Source of the DNA: Octopus sinensis
Taxonomy: Eukaryota
Assembly (NCBI RefSeq): GCF_006345805.1
Contig: NC_043015.1
Coordinates: forward strand, 41,168,001 to 41,232,000
DNA: 64,000 nucleotides
Direction: 5' to 3'
Shown piece after piece: positions 12,571-25,490 of this stretch (position 1 is the first letter of the stretch; each line of letters opens with the position of its first letter). The notes below the pieces were generated by a model. That model saw only the letters and a list, made by a program, of their open reading frames with translations, was not told the DNA's origin and made no database searches. Both the position numbers and the translations under genes were made by a program.

Positions 12571-12764
12571 CTCTTTTACTTGTTTCAGTCATTTGACTGC
12601 GGCCATGCTGGAGCACCGCCTTTAGTCGAGCACATTGACCCCCAGGACTTATTCTTTCTAAGCCTAGTACTTATTCTATTAGTCTCTTTTGCCGAACCGC
12701 TATGTTATGGTGATGTAAACACCCCAGCATCGGTTGTCAAGCGATGTAGGGGGGGACAAACACA

Positions 12765-12800
<36 letters not shown>

Positions 12801-12976
12801 ACACACACACACATACATATATACGATGGGCTTCTTTCACTTTCTGTCTACCAAATCCACTCACAAAGCTTTGGTCGGCCTGAGGCTATAGTACACTTGC
12901 CCAAGGTGCCACGCAGTGGGACTGAACCCAGAACCATGTTGTTGGTAAGCAAGCTACTTCCACACAGCCACTCCTA
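12571..12976 (-). mobile_element. SINE A
   Basis: Full-length reverse copy. Confidence 0.9.
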
Positions 12977-13164
12977 CTGTTCAGTGTTGTTCAATATCTT
13001 TTATTCTCTGGAAGATTAAACAAAACTACCTTGACTTTTCACAAAAGAAACGAAAAATAAAAGAAAAAAACCACCCAGCGGAAAAAACGCTCGCTAAGCT
13101 ATAACCGGATCTTCAGCTTTTCTGTTATGATGCAATTGGCATTTGTGTGTGTGTGTGTCTCTTA

Positions 13165-13349
13165 TCTCTTACTCGTTTCAGGCATAAGAATGCGACCATG
13201 CTGGGGCACTGCTTAGAAGAATTCTTAGTTGAATGAATCGACACCAGCACTTATTCTATTGATCTCTTTCTGTTGAACCATTAAGTTACAGGGACATAAA
13301 TACACCAACACTGGTTGTCAAGTATTGGTGGGGGACAAACATACACACA

Positions 13350-13387
<38 letters not shown>

Positions 13388-13401
13388 GCTATATACACAC
13401 A

Positions 13402-13433
<32 letters not shown>

Positions 13434-13605
13434 GCTATATACACACACATATGGCAGGCTTCTTTCAGTTTTCATCCACCAAATCTACTCACAAGGCTTC
13501 GGTCAGCCTGAGGTCATAGTAGAAGACACTTGCCCAAGGTGCCATGCAGTGGGACTGAACCTGAAGCCATGTGGTTGAGAAGCAGACTTCTTACCATACA
13601 GCCAA
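13165..13605 (-). mobile_element. SINE A, diverged
   Basis: Reverse copy. Confidence 0.8.
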
Positions 13606-14286
13606 GCCGGCAGCTGTGTGTTCATGTGTGTTTTATTTTTTGTGTGTACACAACTTGGGTCAATTTGAATGTCCAACAGTTTTTGTTATATCCTAACTTC
13701 AGGGTGGTTTTATGGTTTTACTTAACAAAATTTCATTATCAGTATATAACCTATCATTTGATCCATTTACTTCAAACTTTTTCAACCATTCACCCCACCC
13801 CCTTTTTGTTTTACCAACATCCTTTCAACACCCACTTGCCAGTACCCATATAACATTTTTCCATTGCCTGTCTCCCCCCACCTCCCAGGTGGCAGTACCA
13901 CCCACCTTGAGGTACACCCACTGTTTTCGTACATCAGCAAGAATACTCATCGCTTTGTTATGGCACCAGGTATATTCTCTAAGGGGCGACTTGTCAGCTG
14001 CTAGAACAAAGCTCTCTGTACACACATTTATACTCTCACACATATACATCACTACACACACACACACACGTGCATGCACACACATGTGGTTCATAAATAT
14101 ACGAAAAAAATTGTGACAGATGTAAGATCAACAAACAGGGTGAATTAGTTTGATGCTCGGGTAAATGGAAGAAGTCTTTGATGTTTCGAACCTAGGCCCT
14201 TCTACAAATAGAAATGAGATGAGAAAACCTGGAGAGAGGGAAAAAACGGAGAGAAAAAAGCATGTCTCAAATAGTGTGCAACATAT

Positions 14287-14335
<49 letters not shown>

Positions 14336-14406
14336 ATATATATGTATCTGTATGTATATGTATGTCTATGTATGTATATGTATATGTGTATATGTATATG
14401 TGTATG

Positions 14407-14438
<32 letters not shown>

Positions 14439-14439
<1 letters not shown>

Positions 14440-14808
14440 CTCTCTATATATAAACGGCAGTTTGTCTGTGCGTGTTTCTGTGTGTCTGTTTTCTCGTACC
14501 CTCACTCTGACCACGGCTTTCAACCGATTCTGATGAAACTTGACACACACATAGCCCAATGTCATAATTCAAAACTAACGCAGCGAAAATTTTGAAAAGT
14601 TCCCCCAGTTCTGAAAAAAATCGATAAATTCGACATGGGGTCGAGAATCAGAAACACAAACCACAGACTGTCTAGGGGACGCAACTCGACCTTTTTAACT
14701 AAAAAAAAATTTACCATCATTTTTTTCCATTTTTTGGCTATAACTCGCTAAAAATGCTTTATAGTTATTTCCTTTACAAACCCGAGCAACGCCGGGCGAT
14801 ACTGCTAG
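14439..14808 (+). mobile_element. Non-autonomous Helitron
   Basis: 5' A|TC(TCTCTATATATAAA), 3' subterminal hairpin and CTAG|T, no TSD. Confidence 0.8.
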
Positions 14809-14991
14809 TATATATATATGTATCTGTATGTATATGTATGTCTATGTATGTATATGTATCTGTATGTATATGTATCTGTATGTATATGTATGTCTATGTA
14901 TGTATATGTATATGTATATATGTATATGTGTATATGTATATATTTATATGTATATGTATATATGTATATATATATATAATGTGTGTGTGTA

Positions 14992-15216
14992 TACAGGGTG
15001 CAGCAAAAAAATGTTCTCAGACTCAGCATTCTTGTGAAACACTTCAACAGCCAATGTACATTGTGTGCCAGTCCAACCATGACGGTAACTGAAAAAAAAC
15101 AAAGTGAGAAGGTAAAAATAATAGATAGCTACACAAAGCCACTGTTAGCACAATTATCAGCAGGGTGCAACAGAAGAAAGAATCCCGGGGAAAATTTTTT
15201 CTGCTGCACCATTTTA
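14992..15216. mobile_element. Tc1/mariner-type MITE
   Basis: TA-CAGGGTGCAGCAAAAAAA at left, TTTTTTCTGCTGCACCA at right (imperfect TIRs), within TA-rich sequence. Confidence 0.6.
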
Positions 15217-15294
15217 TATATGTTTGGCTCTCTGTGTTTGTGTATGTATGTGTGTGCGCGTGTGAATGTATATATATATGTGTGTGTGTGGTGA

Positions 15295-15562
15295 CTATTT
15301 GATTTGCAATCAATCACCTGTCTTCCATCAGCATGTGGTGAACATGGTCAATGTTCCCCTTGGTGGTGGTGGCACCCGCAGGATGTCCAGATCTTGGGCC
15401 ATCTTCAAGACTCTCCATTCCCCTGCTAAATTCAGCTACTCACTTTTGCATTGTTGATAAAGCTGGAGCGTCATCCCCTAATATAGGAACCATGTCCACA
15501 TGAATGTCTTTTTCTGCAGGTACTTGATAAAAGCATGATCTCAAATTTTGTCCATTTTCAAC
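15295..15562 (-). mobile_element. Mariner transposase N-terminal HTH fossil
   Basis: MDKI*DHAFIKYLQK..LGDDAPALSTMQK*VAEFSRGMESLEDGPRSGHP..HMLMEDR, typical mariner N-terminus with stops. Confidence 0.8.
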
Positions 15563-15739
15563 AAAAGTCACTACTAGTTACCTTTCGCAGTGTTCTTTCA
15601 ACAGCCAGGTGTCAGTTTACCTGGGAAGAAACAATGTAGTTATTAATATGAAGGGTTGAAATTAAGGTGTGCAAGATTTCACAGCTCTAGCATCACTCCT
15701 TCAAAGTCAGCTTATGAACCTTTCAACCCACTCTTGTAT

Positions 15740-15865
15740 ATATATCCCTATCTATCTGCCTATCTATATGTCTATCTACCTGTTTATATATATCTACCTA
15801 CCTCTCTTTCTAATTCACCATCTATCTATCTGCCTGTCTGTCTGTCTATCTATCTATCTATCTGC

Positions 15866-15936
<71 letters not shown>

Positions 15937-15975
15937 CCTACCCATCTATCTATCTATCTTTCTTTCTTTCTTTTT
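15740..15975. repeat. (TATC)n/(TGTC)n tetranucleotide microsatellite
   Basis: Direct inspection. Confidence 0.95.
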
Positions 15976-16061
15976 GTAGTGTGCATGTTTTTCTGTTTTA
16001 TTAGCTGTTATGTACATTTTGACATAGTTGTAATCACTGTATTTCATTACACACACACACA

Positions 16062-16098
<37 letters not shown>

Positions 16099-17080
16099 CA
16101 GACATATATACACTACACACCCCTCTCTTGGGTTATAGTGCGTTTTTTCCATTTTTTGTTTCTGTAATCTCTGTGAGGAATTTTTTCTTTTTTTTTTCTG
16201 ATTTGGTATAGAAATAGTTCTAACACTCGCAGGAATGGTATTACATTATCATATGTGTGTGGGGGTGGAATGGGGTGGTGGTGGGGTGGAGGAGATGTTG
16301 TGTGGGTGTTCTGTTCCAAGATATTTCTTCAACCTTGAATATTTGCTAACTCTCCCTCCCTCCCTCCTCTCCCCTCTCTCTTGATGGTATATACAGGTCT
16401 CCACTGCCCCCTTCCATCCCTGCCCACCTCTACCATATACATTCGCAGAGTACTATAGAAACAGCTGGGGCAGTAATTTTGTTACACACACACACACAGA
16501 TTGCACATGTATACCCACATGCATGAATGTACACCCCACCTACACACACACCACACATTCTTTTACACACATTCACATATGCACACATACGCCCACACAC
16601 TCATGTACATGCACATGTATTCTAGGTTACAGTTGGTGCTGAAGTGTCAGGGATTAAAGCCTCAGATAATCCCTTGTAATAATCGGTTTTAATCCTGTAT
16701 GCTCTAAGTTCAAATCCCTTCAAAGGCAACATTAACTTTTATCCTCCCAGGCTCACTTAAAACACCAGTCTTGGGTGGTGGAATTGGTAGAACATCAAAC
16801 AAGGGACCTGTTTTTGTTCTGGCTCTTTGAATCTCGAAGACAATGCCTGTGAAAGTACTGACACCATATTGATGGCACAGATAAGGAACGGTTGCACATT
16901 TTCCACAAAATACCATTTTTAAGCATCAACTGAGACCCTTTCTAGTATTTGCTTTGGTTCTTTGAGATGTGAAGATAATGCCAGAGACAATACTGGCACC
17001 GTGAATAATTCCAAGTTTCCCCACAAAATATGGTACTCAAGCCAGCACTTTGGCGAGGAGCTTTCTATGTTTATAACTTT

Positions 17081-17486
17081 ATTTCTTATTTCTTTATTGC
17101 CCACAAAGGGCTAATCATAGGGGGGACAAACGGATTAAGTCGATTATATCGACCCAGTGTGTAACGGTACTTAATTTATCGATACCGAAAGGATGAAAGG
17201 CAAAGTTGACCTCGGCGGAATTTGAACTCAGAACGTAGCGGCAGATGAAATACCTATTTCTTTACTACCCACAAGGGGCTAAACACAGAGGAGATAAACA
17301 AGGACAGACAAATGGATTAAATCGATTAGATTGACCCCAGTGTGTAACTGGTACTTAATTTATCGACACCAAAAGGATGAAAGGCAAAATTGACCTCGGT
17401 GGAATTTGAACTCGGAACGTAACGGCAGACTAAATACTGTTAAGCATTTCGCCCGGCGTGCTAACGTTTCTGCCAGCTCGCCGCCT
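17081..17486 (-). mobile_element. SINE B dimer
   Basis: TSD TATGTTTATAACTTTA on both sides. Confidence 0.9.
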
Positions 17487-17504
17487 TTATGTTTATAACT
17501 TTAG

Positions 17505-17680
17505 AAGACATATTGTCAGTCACTATCATTCATGACCTTGTGGTAAACACAGCTTTCCTCAGTGGTGGAGGTTGCAGGATATCCAAACCCTGGGTCACCA
17601 TCAGGACTCTCCCTTCCCTTCCTAAATTCATCGACCCACTTTTGCATCCCCTAAGGTCTTACAATATTTTAGGCTACTTT
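17505..17680 (-). mobile_element. Second mariner N-terminal fragment
   Basis: MQKWVDEFRKGRESPDGDPGFGYPATSTTEE, homologous to 15295-15562. Confidence 0.6.
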
Positions 17681-17694
17681 CATCCCTGCCCATG

Positions 17695-17960
17695 TTTAGT
17701 CCACTGCTGGAAAAATGGCCTGTTTGTTCTTTCCACCAACCACAATCTGATGTTTTCCTCATCCATGTTTGGGTGCTGAAGAATTTAACAACAAAGTCTT
17801 CATTCCAGTTTCTGCATGGTTTTCCTCCACCTCCTTATTTCTGGATGTGGTGTCCATTCTGTCAATTTGTTCCATTTGTTGTCCTTTTTTTTAAATACAT
17901 GTCCCGCAGACGGAAGAGCCATTTTTGCTGATTGGCAAAACTCTTTCAGCAACACAGTAC
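17695..17960 (-). mobile_element. RTE-like LINE ORF C-terminal fossil
   Basis: GKPCRNWNEDFVVKFFSTQTWMRKTSDCGWWKE resembles the GRP..RW...W...A.DR..W RTE C-terminus. Confidence 0.45.
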
Positions 17961-18112
17961 AACTACAGATCAACAAGGGGCTGTTTTCTTTCCCTTCTTT
18001 GTAGTTGAGCCTTAGGGATCAGCACTGATCATACAAATATGATCAACGGTATTCAAGCCATGACCATCCAGCCTTTTTACTTTTTTACCAACTTATCCTG
18101 GAACACATTAAT

Positions 18113-18563
18113 CTTTTACTCTTTTACTTGTTTCAGTCATTTGACTGTGGCCATGCTGGAGCACCGCCTTTAGTCGAGCAAATCGACCCCAGGACTTATT
18201 CTTTGTAAGCCTAGTACTTAATCTATTGGTCTCTTTTTGCCGAACCACTAAGTTATGGGGACGTAAACACACCAGTATCGGTTGTCAAGTGATGTTGGGG
18301 AGACAAACACAGACACAAAAACATATATATACACACATGCATATATATATATATGTGTGTGTGTGTGTATATATACACACACACACACACACACATATAC
18401 AACAGGCTGCTTTCAGTTTCTGTCTACCAAATCCACTCACAAGACTTTGGTTGGCCTGAGGCTATAGGAGAAGACACTTGCCCAAGGTGCCACGCAGTGG
18501 GACTGAACACTGAACCATGTGGTTGGCAAGCAAGCTACTTACCACACAGCCACTCCTACACCT
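18113..18563 (-). mobile_element. SINE A
   Basis: Full-length reverse copy. Confidence 0.9.
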
Positions 18564-19692
18564 ATAGTCAATGATTTCTTTTTTCCTCACAATTTTAAAA
18601 ACCTTTTGATTTGAGGAAAATTTTGTGGTTATTTCTAGTATTTCATGCAACAGTGTAAAGACTCTTCATGATGGCTATAACGGCAGAGGTTGAAATATTA
18701 GCAATTCTGCAAGTAAACCTCTCTCCGTGCGTGCGTGCATGCGTGTGTGTGTGTAACCTTTGTAAACTACCCCGAATATAACTTTACATTTGTTACTTAT
18801 TTTGCCCACCCTGATGTGTACTCAGTAACTTTTTTGGGTATTTATAGAAATCTGTTCCTTTATCTAAACTTAACTTAATATACTCTCTTGACCTTTGAGC
18901 CAACATCTTTGCTTTTCACTTCCTCTCTCTCTCTCTCTTTTCTTTCTCTCTTTCTTTTCTTTAATCACTCTCTTTTTCTCTTTTCCTTTTCCGAATTCAT
19001 TTTTTTTCTCTCTCTTTCTGTTTATCAATTGGTAAATATCATCCAGACAAATTGAATGAGGAAACACTGCCCCACCACGACCACCACCACGCACGTGCAC
19101 GAATGCACCCACACACACACACACTTCTCCCCACCCTACCCTCGCCACCTCTCACTGCCTCACTGTGGGGAATGGTGTATAAGCTGGCTCAGTTATAGCC
19201 CTAACCCACCACACCCCAAAGCATATCCACCCCCACTCTTTCACTCTTTTCTAATCTAACCTCCCCCCCCCCCCGCCGCCTTCACCATCATCTTCCCCAC
19301 CCTGCCATTATGATCACCACCACCACCATCATTGTCACTGCTACCACCACCACCACCACCAGTACATGATTATACCATTTATTTTAGTTCTGTTAATCCA
19401 AACAGACCAGGTACCCTTGGCCACCCTTCTCCCCACACCCACACCGTACCATACCTTTTGCAGAGAAATAAGCAAATTTAGAAGGTGAGGGAAGAAATGT
19501 ATAGGCTTGTGTGTGTGTGTCTATATATGCATGGCTGTGTGGTAAGCAGTTTGCTTCTTAACCACATGGTTCTGAGTTCAGTCCCACGGTGAGGCACCTT
19601 GGGCAAATGTCTTCTATAGTCTTGGACCGACCAAAGCCTTGTGAGCGGATTTGGTTGATGGAAACTGAAAGAAGCCTCTGTGTGTATGTGTA

Positions 19693-20285
19693 TACAGGGT
19701 GAGGTGAATAAACTGTTGTCTGAATTACGCAAAAATGAAAATAATATTGACATCTCATTTTAACAGATATATTTACCAAAATTACATAAAAATATTTTGA
19801 AATACTAAAGAGTAAATTTATTCAATAAAATCACCATTGACTTCAACCATGGCCTCCAGATGAGTTCGGAATCTCTTGCAACTCTTCTGTATGGTCACAG
19901 TTCATTGTTGGTGTTCAAGGAATTTTGTTGGTCTCTTACTCAACTGTGCCTCACACATAATAATCAAGGGTGTTGCAGTGTGGGGCAGTTAGGTGGCCAG
20001 ATGTTAGGGGTGATGAGGTTGCAGAAATTGTCTGACAGCCATGACTGGGTTTTCCTGCTTGTGTGGCATGGTGCAGAGTCCTGTTGCCAGACATAGTCTT
20101 CCAGTATCCACCATCTTGACCCAGGGCAGCACTACCTCCTCCAGGCACATGTTGTAGGCCTCTTTATTGAGTCTGAGGCCATGTGGGAAGATGAATGGAG
20201 TCATAACATCACCATCACTAGTGATCACTCCAAACACCATGATGTTGACTGGATGTTTGATTTTTATCACAGTGTTTGGGTGTCA
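19693..20285 (-). mobile_element. Tc1/mariner transposon 3' part (decayed DDD/E domain plus TIR)
   Basis: KHPVNIMVFGVITSDGDVMTPFIFPHGLRLNKEAY..CLEEVVLPW, later NTLDYYV across frameshifts; TA-CAGGGTG terminus at 19693. Confidence 0.85.
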
Positions 20286-20740
20286 GTGGGACACAAACAC
20301 GTGTATATTATATGATGGGCTTCTTTCAGTTTCCACATACCAAATCCACTCACAAGATTGTGGTCGGCCCAAGACCATTGTAAAAAAACGCTTGCCAAGG
20401 TACCAAGCAGTGAGACTGAACCTGGGACCGTGTGGTTGAGAAGTAGGTTTCTTACCGCACAGCTCCGCCTGTGCCTCTCTATGTATAATGTAATGCATTC
20501 GTTGCTGTATTTGTTTTCACAACAATTTCCCCCAAACTAGCAAAAGATAATCTAATATATTTCTGAGGTGTTGTTTTTACAGCTGGAAGCTGCCCTTAAC
20601 CTATTTACTAAGCCTTACCTGATTTTCGAGTGAGGGAGTTTCCAGGGTAGAATTATCGGATAATTTGTTGTGAGAGAAATGTCAACAAATATCACCATTT
20701 CTAGCTCAGCTATTTTTTTAGAAAGTGCAAAACATAAAGA

Positions 20741-20765
20741 TTCTCTCCCTCCCTCTCTCTCTCCC

Positions 20766-20799
<34 letters not shown>

Positions 20800-21100
20800 C
20801 CTCTCTCTCTCTCTCTCTGCCTCTCTCTCCCCATCTCTCTCTCTGCCTCTCTCTCCCCATCTCTCTCTCTGCCCTCCTCCTCTCTCTTTCTCTCACCCCT
20901 CTCTTTCTCTCCCCCCCTCTCTCTTTCTCTCTCTCCCCCTCTCTCTTTCTCTCTCTCTCCCCCTCTCTTTCTCTCTCCTCTCTCTCCTCTCTCTCTCTCT
21001 CCCCTCTTTCTCTCTCCCCCTCTCTTTCTCTCCCTCTCCCTCTTTCTCTCCCTCTCCCTCTTTCTCTCTCCTCTCTCTCCCTCCCCCTCTCCCTCCCTCT
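20741..21100. repeat. Polypyrimidine (CT)n-rich tract
   Basis: About 360 bp almost pure C/T. Confidence 0.95.
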
Positions 21101-21562
21101 CACACACACGTGTGTGCACAGATTTGTGTAACATCATTTTACTGTCCTCTTTTTCAAGCTTGTATGGGTCAGACATAGTTTATTGAGGCAGATTTTTTGC
21201 AGCTGGGATGCTCTTCCAGTAGCCAAACCCTCACTTGTTTCCAAGCAATGTAATATTTCCTCACGTTTTTCAGGAAAGACTGGAAACAGAGTTGCTTGTG
21301 TGACCAAGGTGCTTACTTTTGACCACCAGCATGATGTCACTACAAGATTAAAGACACACACACACACACATTTGACAGGCTTCTTTCAGTTTCTGTCTAT
21401 AGTAGAAGACACTTGCTTAAGGTGCTCTGCAGTGGGGCTGAACATGAGACCAAATGGTTGGGAAGCAAGCTTATTATCCACACAGCCATGCCTCGTTACT
21501 CAAAATATATCTGAAATTATTTTCAGACAAAATTACCATTACAAAAAAAACTTTTACAAATT

Positions 21563-21760
21563 TCATCATCATCATCATCATCGTTTAACGTCCGCTTTCC
21601 ATGCTAGCATGGGTTGGACGGTTCAACTGGGGTCTGGGGAGACCGAAGGCTGCACCAGGCCAGTCAGATCTGGCAGTGTTTCTACAGCTGGATGCCCTTC
21701 CTAATGCCAACCACTCCGAGAGTGTAGTGGGTGATTTTATGTGCCACCGACACAGGTGCC
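21563..21760 (-). mobile_element. RTE 3'UTR-derived repeat
   Basis: Same core and (CAT)n tail. Confidence 0.8.
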
Positions 21761-21789
21761 ACAGGTTTATTTTTAAAATTCAAGTTCTC

Positions 21790-22390
21790 TTAAGTATCCA
21801 TTTTGTTCCTGAACATTCCAGTTTTAACTTTCAAAGTCAAAACTATTGAAAAGGTTGCAAGACACAACGAAAATTTTAGGACAATAAAAATAAGAAAAAC
21901 GTGGAAATTTTACCGGTGAGTGTGTTACATAATAAAGCACAAAGAAAATTACGACTCTCCCCAGATACAACAGAATATGCTTCAACACACGAACTCATAT
22001 AAAGAATCTTGCAAACCAAATCCCAAAACGAAATATTTCAAAGTGAAGATGGTTCTTTTCTTTCGTCACGGAAACATATTAAACTCGTTAAGCTTCTCAG
22101 CTGCATCTAACAAATAGGACATTTTTGCAAAACCAGTTCTCATTGTGGAAGAATTTTTGCCGTTGCACTTTTGCAATTCTAAAAGTTTGTTGAACCTAGA
22201 TCAGATCCCCAAATTCTGGCATAGATTTACAAAATAGATGGCGATTCAATGGAATTAATAACTTTCAGCTCCATCTTGTATTACTGCACTTAACTCTGAA
22301 AAACAATTTTTTTAAACCATTAATACTTCTTCGTGAGTCATGCAATGAAAGAATATATTACTTGCAGATTTAAATTTGGCTTCAAATCCT
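21790..22390 (-). mobile_element. hAT (Buster/Charlie, ZBED5/8-like) transposase fossil, C-terminal half
   Basis: FHCMTHEEVL (HC..H motif), LNRHLF, and MSYLLDAAEKLNEFN (cf. LAYL.DIF.KLNELN); frameshifted. Confidence 0.7.
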
Positions 22391-22520
22391 CTGTTTTTTT
22401 TATTTATCTATTTTGTTGCTATCACTATGACTACTACTACTGCTGCTACTGCTAATACAGGTACCAACACAGTTATTTCATTCTTGATAGGACTCTTTAA
22501 AAAAAACAAAAAACAATTAA

Positions 22521-22972
22521 AGGTGTAGGAGTGGATGTGTGGTAAGTAGCTTGCTTACAAACCACATGGTTCCGAGTTCAGTCCTACTGCGTGGCACCTT
22601 GGGCAAGTGCCTTCTACTATAGCCTTGGGCTGACCAAAGCCTTGTGAGTGGATTTGGTAGACTGAAACGGGAAGAAGCCTGTAGTATATATGTGTGTATA
22701 TATATATATATATACACACACTGATGGAAACTGAAAGAAGCCCGTCGTATATGTGTGTGTGTGTTTGTGTGTCTGTGTTTGTCCCCCCAACATCGCTTGA
22801 CAAGCGATGCTGGTGTGTTTATGTCCCCGTAACTTAGCGGTTCGGCAAAAGAGACCGATAGAATAAATGCTAGGCTTACAAAGAATAAGTCCTGGGGTCG
22901 GTTTGCTCGACTAAAGGCGGTGCTCCAGCATGGCCGCAGTCAAATGACTGAAACAAGTAAAAGAGTAAAAGA
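22521..22972 (+). mobile_element. SINE A
   Basis: Full length, with internal duplication of GAAACTGAAAGAAGCC. Confidence 0.9.
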
Positions 22973-22974
22973 GA

Positions 22975-23370
22975 TATTGGTCCCCTTTGAAGAAATGTGT
23001 GGAGTGAAGCCGTTTGATAAGAGGAGGACTGAGGACTTGATGGGGATGGTGAGGTTGGAGGAATTGGTAGAACGACTGGCAAGGGCGAATGGAGTGCGGT
23101 GGTTTGGGCATGGGATGAGGAGCATGTTCTGAGGAGGGTGCTAGAGTTTGAGATAAATGGACCACGAAAGCGTGGTAGACCGAGGAAAATGTGAAGGGGA
23201 CAGGTGGAGGAGGAGGAGATCGGGAAGGTTGGCCTGAGAAGGGAGGATGCCCAAAACTGGGCGAGATGGTGTGAGGGTGGTTCCTATGACATTGAGGTAG
23301 ATCTGGCCACCCCTGTTAACTGGGGACAAAACCCAGATTTAAAACACTGGATGATGATGATGATGATGAA
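22975..23370 (+). mobile_element. RTE-clade LINE 3' end
   Basis: MCGVKPFDKRRTEDLM..VRWFGHGMR..LEFEINGPRKRGRPRK; (ATG)n tail. Confidence 0.85.
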
Positions 23371-23693
23371 GCTGCATGTCCGTTTAACTGCACTTTGTTG
23401 GTTATGACAACTAGGATTCCAGTTGATCCGATCAATGGAACACCCTACTTGTGACTCATCCAACCCATGCCAGCATAGAAACTGGTCAGTAAATGATGAG
23501 GATTATAATCATGGTGACAAATTTCAGGAGTGGAACTGTATCTATAATGTCCGTTTTTTTTTTGGCCAACTGAATCACACATTTGCTACATTATTTAGAT
23601 CTTTCAACATTTTCCACAAATTTATTTTTCCTAATTTCTTCAGTTCTTTGACATATCTTATTTAATGATTGAATTTTTCATTTATTGTCCACA

Positions 23694-23923
23694 TTAACCC
23701 TTTCGTTACCAACCCGGCCGAAACTGGCTCTGGCTCTGTAGTACAACTGTCTTGTTTTCATAAGTTTTGAATTAAAATCTTCCACCAAACCTTAGTCACA
23801 ATTTATGTTCCTAACACTAACTTAATGATAACTAAGATATTTTTACTAAATTCTTTGTCATATTTAAAGTAATTGAAAGAAATACGGAGCATCTCAAAAT
23901 AAATACGGTTATGAAAGAGTTAA
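23694..23923. mobile_element. TTAA-flanked MITE
   Basis: TTAA-CCCTTTCGTTACC...GGTTATGAAAGAG-TTAA. Confidence 0.8.
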
Positions 23924-24124
23924 GGGCACTTACTTCCCAATCACATGATTTCAAATTAAGTCTGTCTGTGTGGAACCGGGAACAAGAGTCTTCTACAAAT
24001 GCCCCAGCTTGACCAAAGCTTTGTGAGTGGTTTTTGTAGATGGAAACTAAAAGAAGCCTGACATATAGCTATAGACATAGATATGAAACTGTCCAATGGA
24101 CATTGAATATTGATGATGATGATA

Positions 24125-24179
<55 letters not shown>

Positions 24180-24429
24180 TGTTACTATCTTCTTACCTTG
24201 ATATTATGTAATTGTTGTAAGCGAGTATCACCATCATACATGTAATGTCCTTTGTCCAGCTTCCTTGAAAACGTGTCCGGTCATTGAGGAACATTACCTT
24301 ACTTGGATACAAGTGAGGGTTGGTGACTGAAAGGGCATCCAACTGTAGAGAACCTGCCTCAATACATTCCACCTGACCCACGCAAGCACAGAAATGTGAA
24401 ACATTAAAACAATGATTATGAAGATTGGT

Positions 24430-24810
24430 CTTTCTGCAAATAATTTCTATGATTCCACATGCAGCCGTAATAAAAGTTCTTTGCCAATCTTGTAGGATTT
24501 CTTAGCATTTGGAATTACAGAGCTTCGTATGATGGCATTAAGTATCTTCCTTGAACCACCGTATGCTTTTTCAAAGAATTTGCTTTTGCACTTTTGAAGA
24601 TTTCTGTAACCTTTCAAAAAATGGTAAAGATTTGCCTGCATAGGAAGCATGCCTGGTATTAAGATGTCTTTTAATTTAGCAGACTTCGTACTTCCATTCA
24701 CCAAATATTTCTTTACATATCACGTAGACTGGATGGTGTTCTTTATGGCTAAGAACAAAAGTAAATTCCATTTTGCAACAATAGATTTGTTTGTTTATTT
24801 TTCTCTTTCC
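24430..24810 (-). mobile_element. hAT (Buster/Charlie) transposase fossil, N-terminal part
   Basis: VICKEI..NGSTKSAKLK.HLNTRH...FFER and IPNAKKSYKIGKELLL (cf. IAKAKKPHTIGEELIL). Confidence 0.75.
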
Positions 24811-24948
24811 TTTGGATGAGACATTTTAGCTTCTTTGAATTCATGTCACTACATCCAGGCCGTTCCTAAAATATTATGCCACTGAAATTTTCTGCTATGT
24901 TCTTCGACAAATTTAACTGTTTATCATGCAGAAATAGTTTTAATTCTA

Positions 24949-24980
<32 letters not shown>

Positions 24981-24981
<1 letters not shown>

Positions 24982-25490
24982 TGATTGGAAGTGTTATAAT
25001 GTACATTGTTTTGTCTTGGTATAAAAGATGGGCTACAGCAAATATTCTGCTCAATACCACAGATTTGCTTGTCAGTTGTTTGACCTTAACCAGTTGACCA
25101 TGTCCCTTAGTGGCTGACGATATGAGCATCTCTGATCACGAGCAGAAGTAGTGGAGGAGCATCATAGCCATGTGCTGAGAGGGATTCTTTGGGGTTTGGA
25201 TAATCACCTCTGGAAACATGGGTGGTTCGTTCAACATCCTTAAATAACCCTTATTCAGGGACCTTTTGAGCAGGATGGGTTACTCGACCAGAAGAAAATT
25301 CTAACTGGGTCCCACCTGCAAGGTCATGTGCTGTTTATCTTGATATGAGATCACCATGTCATGCACATATGGTTGTGATGCATGTGCCTGGTGTACCCTT
25401 ATCAGACGGGTAGTCATGATGGGTATACTGGGCTTCGTATATTTTACCCCAGTGTCACTTTGATGGCATGAACTGCTCTCTCACTCAATT
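24981..25490 (+). mobile_element. ~510-bp non-coding insert between two (TAA)n arrays, probable LINE 3' end
   Basis: Complex, GC-richer block with sharp boundaries into (TAA)n on both sides. Confidence 0.5.
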
